Both the position numbers and the translations under genes were made by a program. A DNA stretch of 64,000 nt, taken from contig JASTWF010000123.1 in assembly GCA_030390025.1 (NCBI GenBank), positions 558,001-622,000 of the forward strand, in the 5' to 3' direction. Of the stretch, positions 47,336 to 59,884 are shown piece after piece. This stretch comes from Squalus acanthias. Taxonomy: Eukaryota. Below the pieces are notes generated by a model. It saw only the letters and a program-made list of their open reading frames with translations, did no database searches and was not told the DNA's origin. Numbering within the stretch: position 1 is the stretch's first letter; each line of letters opens with the position of its first letter.

Positions 47336-50300
47336 TTGGAGGGGGAGGGCGAACAGCCAGTTGTCGTGGTGCACATAGGCATCAACGATATAGGTAAAAA
47401 AGGGGATGAGGTCCTAAAAGCAGAATATAGGGAGTTAGGAGGTAAATTAAAAAATAGGACCTCAAAGGTAGTAATCTCAGGATTGCTACCAGTGCCACAT
47501 GCTAGTCAGAGTAGAAATAGGAGGATATTTCAAATGAATACGTGGCTGGAGGAATGGTGCAAAGGGGAGGAATTCAAATTCCTGGGACATTGGAACCGGT
47601 TCTGGGGGAGGTGGGACCAGTACAAACCGGACGGTCTGCACCTGGGCAGGGCCGGGACCGCTGTCCTAGGGGGAGTGTTTGCTAGTGCTGTTGGGGAGGG
47701 TTTTAACTGAAGTGGCAGGGGGTTGGGCACCTGAGCAGGGAGACAGAGGAAAGCGTGTCAGGAAGGGACAGAAGGTATGGAGTAAAAGGTAAAGTGTTAA
47801 AAAAGGAAAAAGCAGGAACTAAGTGTCACAAAACATATTTGAAAGTTCTTTATCTGAATGCACGTAGCATTCGTAACAAAATGGACGAGTTAACGGCACA
47901 AATAACTATGTATGGGTATGATCTTGTGGCCATTACAGAAACATGGCTGCAGGGTGACAACGACTGGGAACTAAATATGCCAGGGTATTTAACAATCAGG
48001 AAGGACAGGCAGGAAGGAAGGGGAGGTGGGGTGGCTATGTTAATAAAGGAAGGAATCACTGTAATACAGAGAAATGATATTGGGTCAAAGGATCAGGATA
48101 ATGAAACAGTTTGGGTGGAGATAAGGAATAATCTTGCGTGGGTTTCCTCCGGGTGCTCCGGTTTCCTCCCACAGTCCAAAAATGTGTGGGTTAGGTTGAT
48201 TTGGCTATGATAAATTGACCCTTAGTGTTAGGGGGGGTTAAATATGTGGGGTTATGGGGATAGGATGGGATATGTTAGGGGGAATTAAATACGTGGGGTT
48301 ACGGGGGTAGGGTGGGATATGTGTCCTGTGGGGATTAAAGCAGGGACAGGGTACTGGATTTGGATGATCAGCCATGATCGTATTGAATGGCGGAGCAGGC
48401 TCGACGGGCCGAATGGCCTACTCCTGCTCCTAGATTCTATGTTTCTATGTTTCTATAATAAGGGGAAAAAAACACTAGTGGGAGTAGTATATAGGCCTCC
48501 TAATAGTTGCAACTCTGCTGGAAGAAGTATTAATCAGGAAATAGTTGGGGCATGCAATAAGGGAACAGCTATAATTATGGGGGATTTTAACTATCATATT
48601 AACTGGACAAATCAAATTGGGCAGGGCAGCCTTGAGGAAGAGTTTATTGAGTGTATTAGGGATGGATTTCTTGAGCAGTATGTAACTGATCCTACAAGGG
48701 GGCAATCAACCTTGGACCTGGTCCTGTGTAATGAGTCTGGATTAATTAATAATGTCCTAGTTAAGGATCCCCTTGGAATGAGTGACCATAACATGGTTGA
48801 ATTCCATATCCAATTAGAGGGTGAGAAGGTTGGTTCTCAAACAAGCGTACTGAGCTTGAATAAAGGAGACTATGATGGTATGAGAGCAGAATTGATTAAA
48901 GTGGACTGGGAAAATAGATTAAAGAGTAAGACGGTACATGAGCAGTGGTGTTCATTTAAGGAGTTATTTTACAACTTTCAAAAGAAATATATTCCACTGG
49001 GGAAAAAAGGGTGTAAAAGAAATGACAGCCATCCGTGGCTAAGTAAAGAAATTAAGGATAGTATCCGACTAAAAACAAGGACATATAAGGTAGCCAAACT
49101 TAGTGGGAGGATAGAAGATTGGGAAGTCTTCAAAAGACAGCAAAAAGTAACTAAAGGATTGATTAAGAAAGGGAAGATAGATTATGAAAATAAATTAGTA
49201 AAAAATATAAAAACAGATAGCAAGAGTTTCTATAGTTATATAAAAAGAAAAAGGGTGGCTAAGGCAAACGTAGGTCCCTTAGAGGATGAGACCGGGAAAT
49301 TAATGGTGGGAAACATGGAGATGGCAAAAATGCTGAACAAATATTTTGTTTCAGTCTTTACGGTAGAGGACACTAAGAATATCCCAACACTGGACAAACA
49401 GGGGGCTCTTGGGGGGGAGGAGCTAAATACGATTAAAATCACTAAGGAATTGGTACTCAGTAAAATAATGGGACTCAAGGCGGATAAATCCCCTGGACCT
49501 GATGGCTTACATCCTAGGGTCTTGAGGGAAGTGGCAGTAGGGATTGTGGATGCTTTGGTAATAATTTTCCAAAATTCCCTGGACTCAGCAAAGGTCTCGG
49601 CAGATTGGAAAACTGCTAATGTAACACCCTTATTTAAAAAGGGTAGTAGGCAGAAGGCTGGAAATTATAGACCAGTTAGCCTAACATCTGTGGTGGGTAA
49701 AATTTTGGAGTCTATTATTAAGGAGACAGTAACGGAACATTTAGATAAACATAATTTAATAGGACAAAGTCAGCATGGCTTTATGAAGGGGAAGTCATGT
49801 CTGACAAATTTGCTTGAGTTCTTTGAGGACATAACGTACAGGATGGATAAAGGGGAACCAGTGGACGTAGTGTATTTAGACTTCCAGAAGGCATTCGACA
49901 AGGTGCCACATAAAAGATTATTGCCCAAGATAAAAAATCACTGGATTGGGGGTAATATTCTGGCATGGGTGGAGGATTGGTTATCTAACAGGAAGCAGAG
50001 AGTTGGGATAAATGGTTCATTCTCGGACTGGCAACCAGTAGCCAGTGGTGTTCCGCAGGGGTCGGTGCTGGGTCCCCAACTCTTTACAATCTATATTAAC
50101 GATTTGGAGGAGGGGACCGAGTGTAACATATCAAAGTTTGCAGATGATACAAAGATGGGAGGGAAAGTAGAAAGTGAGGAGGACATAAAAAACCTACAAG
50201 GGGATATAGACAGGCTGTGTGAGTGGGCGGAGATTTGGCAGATGCAATACAATATTGGAAAATGTGAGGTTATGCACTTTGGCAGGAAAAATCAGAGAGC

Positions 50301-51176
50301 AAGTTATTATCTTAAAGGCGAGAAACTGGAAAGTACTGCAGTACAAAGGGATCTGGGGGTCCCAGTGCAAGAAAATCAAAAAGTTAGTATGCAGGTGCAG
50401 CAGGTGATCAAGAAGGCCAACGGAATGTTGGCTTTTATTGCTAGGGGGGATGATTATAAAAACAGGGAGGTATTGTTGCAGTTATATAAGGTATTGGTGA
50501 GACCGCACCTGGAATACTGCATACAGTTTTGGTGTCCATACTCAAGAAAAGACATACTTGCTCTCGAGGCAGTACAAAGAAGGTTCACTCGGTTAATCCC
50601 GGGGATGAGGGGGTGGACAAATGAGGAGAGGTTGAGTAGATTGGGACTCTACTCATTGGAGTTCAGAAGAATGAGAGGCGATCTTATTGAAACATATAAG
50701 ATTGTGAAGGGGCTTGATCGGGTGGATGCGGTAAGGATGTTCCCAAGGATGGGTGAAACTAGAACTAGGGGGCATAATCTTAGAATAAGGGGCTGCTCTT
50801 TCAAAGCTGAGATGAGAAGAAACTTTTTCACTCAGAGGGTAGTAGGTCTGTGGAATTTGCTGCCCCAGGAAGCTGTGGAAGCTACATCATTAAATACATT
50901 TAAAACAGAAATAGATGGTTTCCTAGAGGTAAAGGGAATTAGGGGTTACGGTGAGCGGGCAGAAAATTGGACATGAGGCTGAGTTCGGATCGGTCAGGGC
51001 CCTGTGGGTGGCGGAGCGGGCCCAGGGGCTGAGTGGCCGGGTCCTGCTCCTACTTCTTGTGTTCTTTAGATTTGAAGTTAGGATCAGATCAGCCATGATC
51101 TTATTGAATGGCGGAGCAGGCTCAAGGGGCCGATTGGCCTACTCCTGCTCCTATTTCTTATGTTCTTATGTTCTTA
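47336..51176 (+). mobile_element. Near-complete CR1 LINE: ORF1 esterase (SGNH-like) C-terminus plus ORF2 (EN+RT)
   Basis: ORF1 VVVHIGINDIGK...DGLHL (47336-47710). ORF2 LYLNARSIRNK...FADD...WT*, open except at the SINE insertion; (tatgttct)n tail. Confidence 0.96.
48133..48455 (+). mobile_element. V-SINE (HE1-like) fragment nested in CR1 ORF2
   Basis: V-domain tgcgtgggtttcctccgggtgctccggtttcctcccacagtccaaa plus a CR1-like (tatgtttc)n tail. Shorter copies at 43221-43502 and 43698-43980. Confidence 0.75.
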
Positions 51177-51469
51177 TAACGCAATTTGCAAGTAGAGTTT
51201 AGTCGGCAGATTTGAACATAGACATGTGCTCATCCTTGTACGTTTCTCTCTTCTAAAACTTAACACAAAAGCTTCTTTTTCAGACACTCTTTTTCTCCTT
51301 ATCAAACTGGAACCTACATTGCCTTATATGGTAGTCTCTCTTCAATGCAGAGTCCTTCAGCCGATTCTTACACACACAAGTTTACATTTCTCTGCAACAT
51401 ACATACATCAACAACCTTTCACATAAGTTGCAGTGTCCTTGTTGTTGTGACTGTAACAGTTATAATCGA

Positions 51470-52190
51470 GTGAGAAGTCGCACAACACCAGGTTATATTC
51501 CAACAGTTTTATTTGAAATCACAAGCTTTCGGAGCTGCTGCTCCTTCGTCAGGTGAAGTGAAGAAATACAAATCGGCACAGCATATATAGACAGAGAACA
51601 ATGCCTGTGCAGCGTACAATGTCAGACGACTACAGTTAATCTTTCTGACTGCCCTTTATCACACCTCGGCAGAGAGACAGTCACGGCAATCAAATCCAAC
51701 CAGGTCAGTCAGGAAGACATTACATCAAAGACGATAGCAAAATACAACAAAGACAATGAGGTGGGGTCACAGGGGGTCTAATGTGGCAGAGGCTGCAGTG
51801 TGTATGGAAAACCAAAAGGACATTCAGCCTCGGATCTTCGGGTAAGCGTTCTCCAAGGCGGCCTTCGAGACACACGACAACGCAAAATCATCAAGCAGAA
51901 ACTGATAGCCAAGTTGCGCACCCATGAGGACGGCCTCAACCGGGATCTTGGGTTCATGTCACGCTACATGTAACCCCACCTGACGTAGAGTCATCCAGAC
52001 TCGAGTCGTCGTTGGCTTGTTCAACGATGTGATTTCCAGTAAAAAAAAGTAAAAAGTTTAAAGTTTATGGTTTTCCATACAGACTGCAGCATCTGACACA
52101 TTAGACCTCACCTCATTGGCTTACTTGTATTTTGCTATGTCTTTGATATAATGTCTTCCTGACTGACCTGATTGCCTCTTCCAAAGTTGC
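51470..52190. mobile_element. Penelope-like element remnants with inverted arms and a hammerhead motif
   Basis: Minus-strand hammerhead at 51519-51556 (tcac CTGACGA aGGAGC-agca-GCTCC GAAA gctt gtga). GIY-YIG C-terminal-like piece GHSASDLRVSVLQGG...HEDGLNRD at ~51818-51973. Inverted arms ~51695-51815 / ~52066-52175. Confidence 0.65.
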
Positions 52191-52385
52191 AGACATAATT
52201 GGCATGACTGGAAAGTGATAAAGATAAGAATTTTTATCTGTGCCATCACAGTGTGTCAGCCAGTGGCTCAGTGGGTAGCACTCTCTCTCACTTCTGTGTC
52301 AGAAGGTTGTGGGTTCAAGTCCCACTCCAAGAGACTTGAGCACAGAAATCTAGGCTGACACTCCAGTGCAGTACTGAGGGAGGGC

Positions 52386-55188
52386 TCAAAGCCACTTCCC
52401 CGCCCGCTCCCCATAACCCTTCACTCCCTTATCGTGCAAAAATCTGTCTATCTCCACCTTAAATGTATTTAATGACCCAGCCTCCACAGCTCTCTGGGGC
52501 AGAGAATTCCACAGATTTACGACCCTCTGAGAGAAGAAATTCCTCCTCGTCTCAGTTCTAAAAGGGCAACCTTTTATTCTAAAACTGCCCCCGCGTTCTA
52601 GATTTCCCCACGAGGGGAAACATCCTCTCTGCATCTACCTTGTCGAGCCCCCTCAGTATCTTATATGTCTCAATAAGATCACCTCTCATTCTTCTAAATT
52701 CCAATGAATATAGGCCCAGCCTGCTCAACCTTTCCTCATAAGTCAAACCCCTCATCTCTGGAATTAACCTAGTGAATCGTCTCTGAACTGCCTCCAATGC
52801 AAGTATATCCTTCCTTAAATAAGGAGACCAAAACTGTACGCAGTACACGAGGTGTGGTCTCACCAATACCCTGTACAGTTGTAGCAGGACTTCCCTGTTT
52901 TTATACTCCAACCCCCTTGAAATAAAGGCCAACATTCCTTTTGCCTTTTTGATTACTTGCTGTACCTGCATGCTAACCTTTTGTGTTTCATGCACAAGGA
53001 CCCCCAAGTCCCTCTGAACTGTAGCATTTTGTAATCTCTCTCCATTTAAACAATAATTTGCTTTTTAATTTTTCCTGCCAAAGTGTATAGCCTCACACTT
53101 TCCCACATTATACACCATCTGCCAAATGTTTGCCCACTCACTTAGCCTGTCTATATCCCTTTGCAGGTTCTTTGAGTCCTCTGCACAACTTGCTTTCCCA
53201 CCCATCTTTGTATCATCCGCAAACTTGGCTACATTACACTCGGTCCCTTCATCGAAGTCATTAATGTAGATTGTAAATAGTTGAGGCCCGAGCACCGATC
53301 CCTGTGGCACCCCACTAGTTACCTTTTGCCAACCGGAAAATGACCCATTTACCCAGGGGACTCTCTGTTTTCTGTTAGTTAGCCAATCCTCTATCCATGC
53401 TAATATATTACCCCCAATTCCGTGAGCTCTCATCTTATGCAGTAACCTTTTATGTGGCACCTTATCGAATGCCTTCTGGAAATCCAAATACACCACATCC
53501 ACTGGTTCACCTTTGTCCGCCCTGCTCGTTACCTCCTCAAAGAACTCCAGCAAATTTGTTAAACATGATTTCCCTTTCATAAAACCATGCTGACTCTGCT
53601 TGACTGCATTATGATTTTCTAAATGCCCTGCTACTGCTTCCTTAATGAAGGATTCCAGCATTTTCCCAATGACAGATGTTAGGCTAACTGGTCTATAGTT
53701 TCCTGCTTTCTGTCTCCCTCCTTTCTTAAATAGGGGTGTTACATTTGTGGTTTTCCAATCTGCTGGGACCTCTCCAGAGTCCAGGGAATTTTGGTAGATT
53801 ACAACCAATGCATCCACTATCTCTGCAGCCACCTCTTTTAAGACTCTGGGATGCAGGCCATCTGGTCCAGGGGACTTGTCATCTTTCAGTCCCATTATTT
53901 TACCAAGTACTATTTCCTTAGTGATAGTGATTGTCTTTAGTTCCCCCCTCCCTGTGGCCCCTTAATTATCCATTATTGGGATGTTGTTAGTGTCTTCTAC
54001 AGTGAAGACAGATGCAAAATATTTGTTCAGAGTCTCTGCCATTTCCCCATTCCCCATTATTAATTCCCCAGTCTCATCCTCTAAGGGACCAACGTTTACT
54101 TTAGCTACCCTCTTCCTTTTTATATACCTGTAGAAGCTCTTACTATCTGTTTTAATGTTTCTTGCCAGTTTACTCTCATAATTCATCTTCTCTCTCTTTA
54201 TTATTTTTTTAGTCATCCTTTGCTGGTTTTTAAAAATTTTCCAATTCTCTGGTCTCCCACCAATCTTGGCAACATTGTATGCCTTCGTTTTCAATTTGAT
54301 ACCATCCTTTACTTCCTTAGTTAGCCACGGATGGTGCTCCCTTCTCTTAAAATCTTTCTTTCTCACTAGAATATATTTTTGTTGAGAGTTATGAAATATC
54401 TCCTTAAATGTCTGCCACTGTATTTCAACAGTCTTACCCTTTAATTTATTTTTCCACTCCACTTTAGCCAGTTCTGCCTTCATGCCATTGTAATTGCCTT
54501 TGTTTAAGATCAGGACACTGGTTTGAGATACAACTTTCTCACCCTCCAACTTAATTTGAAATTCAACCATGCTATGATCACTCTTTCCTAGAGGATCCTT
54601 TACTATGAGATCATTTATTAATTCTGTCTCATTACACAGTACCAGATCCAAGATAGCCTACTCCCTGGTCGGTTCCATTACATACTGTTCTCGGAAACCA
54701 TCCTGGATGCACTCTATGAACTCCTCCTCAAGGCTACCATGGCCAATTTGATTTGTCCAATCAATATGGAGATTAAAATAACCCATGATTATTACCGTAC
54801 CTTTTTTACAGGCTTCTATTATTTGTTGATTTATACTCTGTCCAACAGTATTGCTACTGTTCAGAGGCCTGCAGACTACGCCCACCAGAGACTTTTTCCC
54901 TTTATTAATTTTTATCTCCACCCAAACTGATTCTACATCTTGATCTTCTGAGCCAATATCACTTCTCACCACTGCACTGATCCCATCCTTTACCAACAAA
55001 GCCACCCCACCTCCCTTTCCTTTCTGTCTATCCTTCCGAATTGTCAAATAACCTGGAATATTCAGTTCCCAGCCCTGGTCACCTTGCAACCACATCTCTG
55101 TAATGGCGATCAGATCATACCCATTTGTATCTATTTGTGCCGTCAACTCATCTATCTTGTTACGAATGCTGCGTGCATTCAGATATAG
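52386..55188 (-). mobile_element. CR1 LINE, near-complete ORF2 with stops and frameshifts
   Basis: ORFs 54658-55308, 53962-54651, 53065-53895 and 52579-53007. Confidence 0.95.
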
Positions 55189-55329
55189 CAGGGGCACTAA
55201 CGGGGCACTAATGAAGTAGCGCCGGGGTGGGGCGAATCCAGCGCCACATGCCAAATCCAGTCGCCCCTTAGCGCCGCCGCTAACAGTTAGCACCTGGGGC
55301 TTTAGCACCAGGCAGATCGTGACGTCAGT

Positions 55330-56329
55330 GAGCGTGCACTTCTCTTACCTCCAATTAAGCGAGGAGCAGTGCATTAGAAGGCTCCGCTTCAGCAATGATG
55401 TGGTCACCGAACTCTGCCATCTCCTCCAACCAGACGTCCAGCCTCAGATCAGGCCGACCACGGCCTTCTCAGTGACAGTCAAGGTCACCGTCGCTCTCAA
55501 TTTCTTCCCTAGCGGTTCCTTCCAGTCTGCAACAGGAGATATAGCGAACATCTCGCAGCTCGCAGTCCATCACTGCATCCGGGAGGCCACAGAGGCTCTT
55601 TACAGTAGGAGAAGGGACTACATTTCCTTCCCCATCACCAGAGAGAAGTGGCTTTGCCAGGATAACGGGCTTCCCCATGGTGCAGGGCGCCATTGACTGC
55701 ACCCACGTGACTTTGCGGGCACCGCATAACAATCCTGAGGTCTTCCATAAGCGCAAAAGGCTAGCACTCACTTAATGTCCAGTTGGTATGCGACCACAGA
55801 CAGCGAATCCTCAATGTCATTGCCCGCTATCCTGGCAGCCTTCATCCTGCGCCAGACCAGTGTGCCAGCACTCTTCCAGCCACCACATCAAGCTCGCGGC
55901 TCGCTGGTCGGAGACAAGGGCTATCCGCTCTCCACCTGGCTCATGACTCCCTTCCGTAACCCCAGCACTCCTGCTCAGCACTCATATAATGAGAGCCATG
56001 CTGCCACTAGGAACATCATGGAGCAGACCATCGGGGTGCTCAAGCAATGGATCCGCTGCCTTGACCGCTCGGGAGGAGCCCTCCAGTACTCGGCTGAGCA
56101 GGTGTCCCGTTTTGTCGTGGTCTGCTGCATGTTCCACAACTTGGCCATCATGAGGGCCCAGCCCGCGCCACCAGGGATTGCAGGGCCACCAAGGGAGGAG
56201 GAAGAGGGAGAGGAGGAGGGGGACGAGGAGGAAGATGAGGAGGAGGAGGAACGAGGGAGGAGGCAGCCACTCAATCGGCCTTCCGGAAGGGCGGTCCGTG
56301 ATCGCCTCATCAGACTGTGGTTCCAGTAA
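55330..56329 (+). pseudogene. Harbinger (HARBI1-like) transposase, frameshifted
   Basis: EQCIRRLRF...VALNFF.SGSFQ...GFPMVQGAIDCTHV...GDKGYPL...E.TIGVLK. Confidence 0.88.
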
Positions 56330-56494
56330 ATTAAACCCCAGATCCCCGTTGCTCACCACATCCCCATCATTCCATCCCTGTCGCAGGCCATGTCACAGCG
56401 TAAAACTGAAATGAGAGACACCACAAAATCATCCAAAGCCAATTAATACATTTATCAATAATCAGTGAACACATCTTTACAACAACAACATTAC

Positions 56495-58333
56495 CTATTC
56501 ACCCTTGTGCAATCCCTTAGTGCCCCTCGTTACTGTGCCTTTGCCTACTCTAGTGCTTCTATGAAGTGTTGGCCCAGTGGCTGCAGCACGGCAGGTGGAA
56601 GGTTGCTGAGTGTCCGTGTGGGAGACTTCAGGTGGCCTTGCAGGATGCCCTCGTCCAGCTCTGGGCCAGGAAGGCCCGGCTGTAGACTGCCCCACCTCAG
56701 CATGGGCGGCAGCAGTCTGGGCTGGCTGGATGACAGGCAGCAACAAGGGCAATGGCGGAGTGGCAGTGGTGGGAGCAGGAATGCTGTCATCCTGAGAGAG
56801 GACAGCAGCTTCCTGCTCCACTGACCCACTCCCCCGGGGCAGCACCTCAGCATCACTACCAATCTGTTGCAGCACAGATTGCTGGGGTGCTGCGACACCG
56901 TGAAAGCCCCGGTGGATGGTGGTCGACCCAGCCACGATGGCAGCAGTCAGAGCTTGCGTGGCATCAAGCTGAGACTGCATGAGAGCAGTCTGAGAATCGA
57001 TGGCACCAAGCATAGACTGCATTACAGCACTAAGACATTGCGTGGCTTCCGCCTGTGCTGCAATGGAAGCTGCGACATCGCCCATCACACGCGGCATGAG
57101 GTCTGGGTCACCACGGTCTCTCTGGGAATCCACCATCCTTTGCAGACTGCAAATGATGGGCTCCATGCAATGTTGGAGGCGGACTGCTCCACACTCCTTA
57201 CCATTGCCGAGAGGCTCTCAGGCACCCTTGCCATTGCAGCTATCATCTCTGTGTGCATGCCCATCACCCTTCTTCTAAAGGCCTCCCATCGAGGTCCTCA
57301 TCTGAGACCTGTGCAGCAGAACTTGCGCCCGAACTCACTCTCCGGGGAGCTGACTCCTGAACTACCCTTTCCCCCTGGCCTTGCTGCAGCCCGCTCATCC
57401 CCGGTGCCTCGCCCTGTGCAGATCCCGCTACTATACTAGCCTCTAAAGAACGCGGAGTGTCAGTATCTGAGCTGGTGCCTGCGGGTGAGACATGCAGTGA
57501 CGCGGTGTGTTCTTCCTCCTCCTCTTCTCCCATCTCGGTCTCTACGGTGCCCTCAGTTGCTTACTCGTTATCTGAAAGCATAAAGGCACAAGAGTCGGGT
57601 GAGGGGAGGGGGGCAGGAAGGGAGAAAGGCATGCATACAGCATGATAAGCTGGAAGTGGGGGGAAGTGGGATGTGAGAAGAAGGAGTAGGGATGAACATA
57701 CCATTGTTGTCCCCAAGGGGGTCAACGTCGCCAGTGGCCACGGCGCCCACCACCTGGCGCCCAATAATCTCCAGCACTCGATTCTCCAGCTCAGACAGTG
57801 GTTGGGTGACAGGTTGTCCCCTGTCTGTGCGCTCCAGCTCCCTCCTGTTGTGAGCCACCTTGGCCTGCAAGAGAAAGGAAAGTGTGTGAGTGAGTGTGGA
57901 GCAATGTGTTTGGGCGATGTGCCTGCCATAGTTGAATAGCTGTCATTGTGTGCAAAGTGTGAGATGTGGGTGTGAGTGTTGGTAGGTGGAGATTGTTGGT
58001 GGGTGAGTGCTGGGGGTGTGGTGCTTTGGGCAGTGTGTGCAGACTGAGGTTCAGACGGTGGTATGTAGCATTTGTAGAAGCATTGACTCACCCTGACCAC
58101 CCGAGTGAGGTCGGTAAATTTCTTCCTGCACTGTGTGTGGGTCCTGGGGACCACAGTGCTGCCCGAGACCTGCTGGTCTACCTCCTCCGCAGGGCGCGGA
58201 AGACTTGCGGCGAGGGCCTCCTGCCACTTGTCGGGTACAGCACCGCCCTCCGTCTCTCCACAGCGAAGACCAAGGCCTCCAATGCTTGGTGGCAGAATCT
58301 GCGAGCTCTCTCCCTGGGCCATTGATCTGCCAT
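56495..58333 (-). pseudogene. Harbinger Myb/SANT-like (trihelix) accessory gene, three exons, disrupted
   Basis: RERARRF...RTHTQCRKKFTDL (exon ~58092-58333), AKVAHNRRELERT (57702-57864) and a long exon from 57571; GT-AG introns. Confidence 0.75.
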
Positions 58334-58615
58334 AATGACACCTCCTTCAGTGGTCCGGTTCCTTCTCCTTGGCCTTCTGCTGCTTGCTGAGACAGCGAGA
58401 TTCACTAGCGCCTGGCGCTAAATCTCAAACTTTTCAGAAGTTAGCGCCCATTCCTGGGCTATAATGAATTTCTCCCCCAGAAAGAGGATGAGAAACAGAC
58501 AGACAGAAAGAGACAAAGAAAACAGAAGAGAGAGACAGTAAGAAATTTATAAAATGCCCTTCAAATCATCTGGCTGTTGGAAAGCTTTTCACTGTCAATG
58601 AGTTACTGTGTTTAA

Positions 58616-59480
58616 CCCATTGCCTGCCCTTTCTTCTCCATCCCTGTTAGAGGCAGACAGACACACCCCAACACCCCTTCCCCTTCGCCCGGCACCTTCC
58701 CGTGCAAGCGCAGGAGATGCAACACCTGCCCTTTTACCTCCTCCCTTCCCACTGTCCAGGGCCCCAAACACCCCTTCCAGGTGAAACAGCGATTTACTTG
58801 TACTTCTTGCAATTTAATATACTGTGTTCGCTGCTCACGATGTGGTCTCCTCTACATTGGGGAGACCAAACGCAGATTGGGTGACCGCTTTGCGGAACAC
58901 CTCCGTTCAGTCCGTAAGGGTGACCCCGAGCTCCCGGTCGCCTGTCACTTTAATTCTCCGCTCCACTCCCACTCTGACCTCTCCATCCTCGGCCTCTTAC
59001 ACTGTTCCAATGAAGCTCAACGTAAGCTCGAGGAACAGCACCTCATCTTTCGATTAGGCACTTTACAGCCTTCTGGACTCAACATCGAGTTCAACAATTT
59101 CAGACCATAACCTCGGCCCCTGTCTTTCTCTCTCTCACATGGCAGCTGTTGATGATTCTGCCATTGCCATTTACACCTCATCTGGAGCCATCTTTTGTTT
59201 CTTAACTTGTCGCATTACCATCTCCTTTTGCCTCGCACCATCGTCCCTTTTGTCTTTTAATCTCTCCTGCCTTCCATCCTATCACAGACCTTCCCTTTTG
59301 TTCTTTCCTCCCCTCCCCCCTTTCCCTGCCCCTGCACTTGCTTAAGAATCTGTTCCATCTCTAACTTTTTCCAGTTCTGACGAAGGGTCACAGACCTGAA
59401 ACGTTAACTCTGGGTTTTTTCTCTCTCCAAGGATGCTGCCTGACCTGCTGGGTGTTTCCAGCATTTTCTGTTGTTATTTC
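58616..59480 (+). mobile_element. Penelope-like element 3' end: GIY-YIG endonuclease and hammerhead-bearing terminal repeat
   Basis: NLIYCVRCSRCGLLYIGETKRRLGDRFAEH...PSGLN (58781-59110). Hammerhead agtt CTGACGA agggtc-aca-gacct GAAA cgtt aact at 59373-59409. Inverted partial copy at ~59660-59840. Confidence 0.88.
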
Positions 59481-59884
59481 AGACTCAGTTGAAGAGCTCC
59501 CACTGGCTCAAGCCCCTCTGGCCCAGTGGGCTCCTCCAGTGCTGCAACACCGCCACCCAGTGGCAGCGCGGGTTATTATTACAAGGAACCAGCTGCCTTC
59601 GGTTTGGCTGCTGCCCAATACGTGATCTGAGCCATTACAGGCAGAAGGAATCCAACCCAAAAGCAAAATGCTGCGGATGATGGAAACCTGAAATAAAAAC
59701 AGAAAACGCTGGAAACACTCAGCAGGGCAGGCAGCACCAGTGGAGAGAGAAACAGAGTTAACGTTCCAAGTCGATGACCCTTCATCAGAACTGGAAGAAG
59801 TTAGAGATTTAACAGTTTATAAGCAAGTACAGAGCCAGGGAAAATTCCCCATTCTATTCTCTCCTCAGCCTCCTACACTGTTTG

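Larger units (their letters stand above)
55189..58478. mobile_element. PIF/Harbinger DNA transposon (left end truncated)
   Basis: Convergent DDE transposase and Myb/SANT-like genes, right TIR gaatttctccccc, and subterminal tagcgcc/gcactaa repeats shared with the 37141 element. Confidence 0.9.

Noticed and set aside
48319-48455. N-terminus of the 885-aa ORF
   Set aside because: Read-through of the inserted SINE; the true ORF2 starts upstream near 47840.
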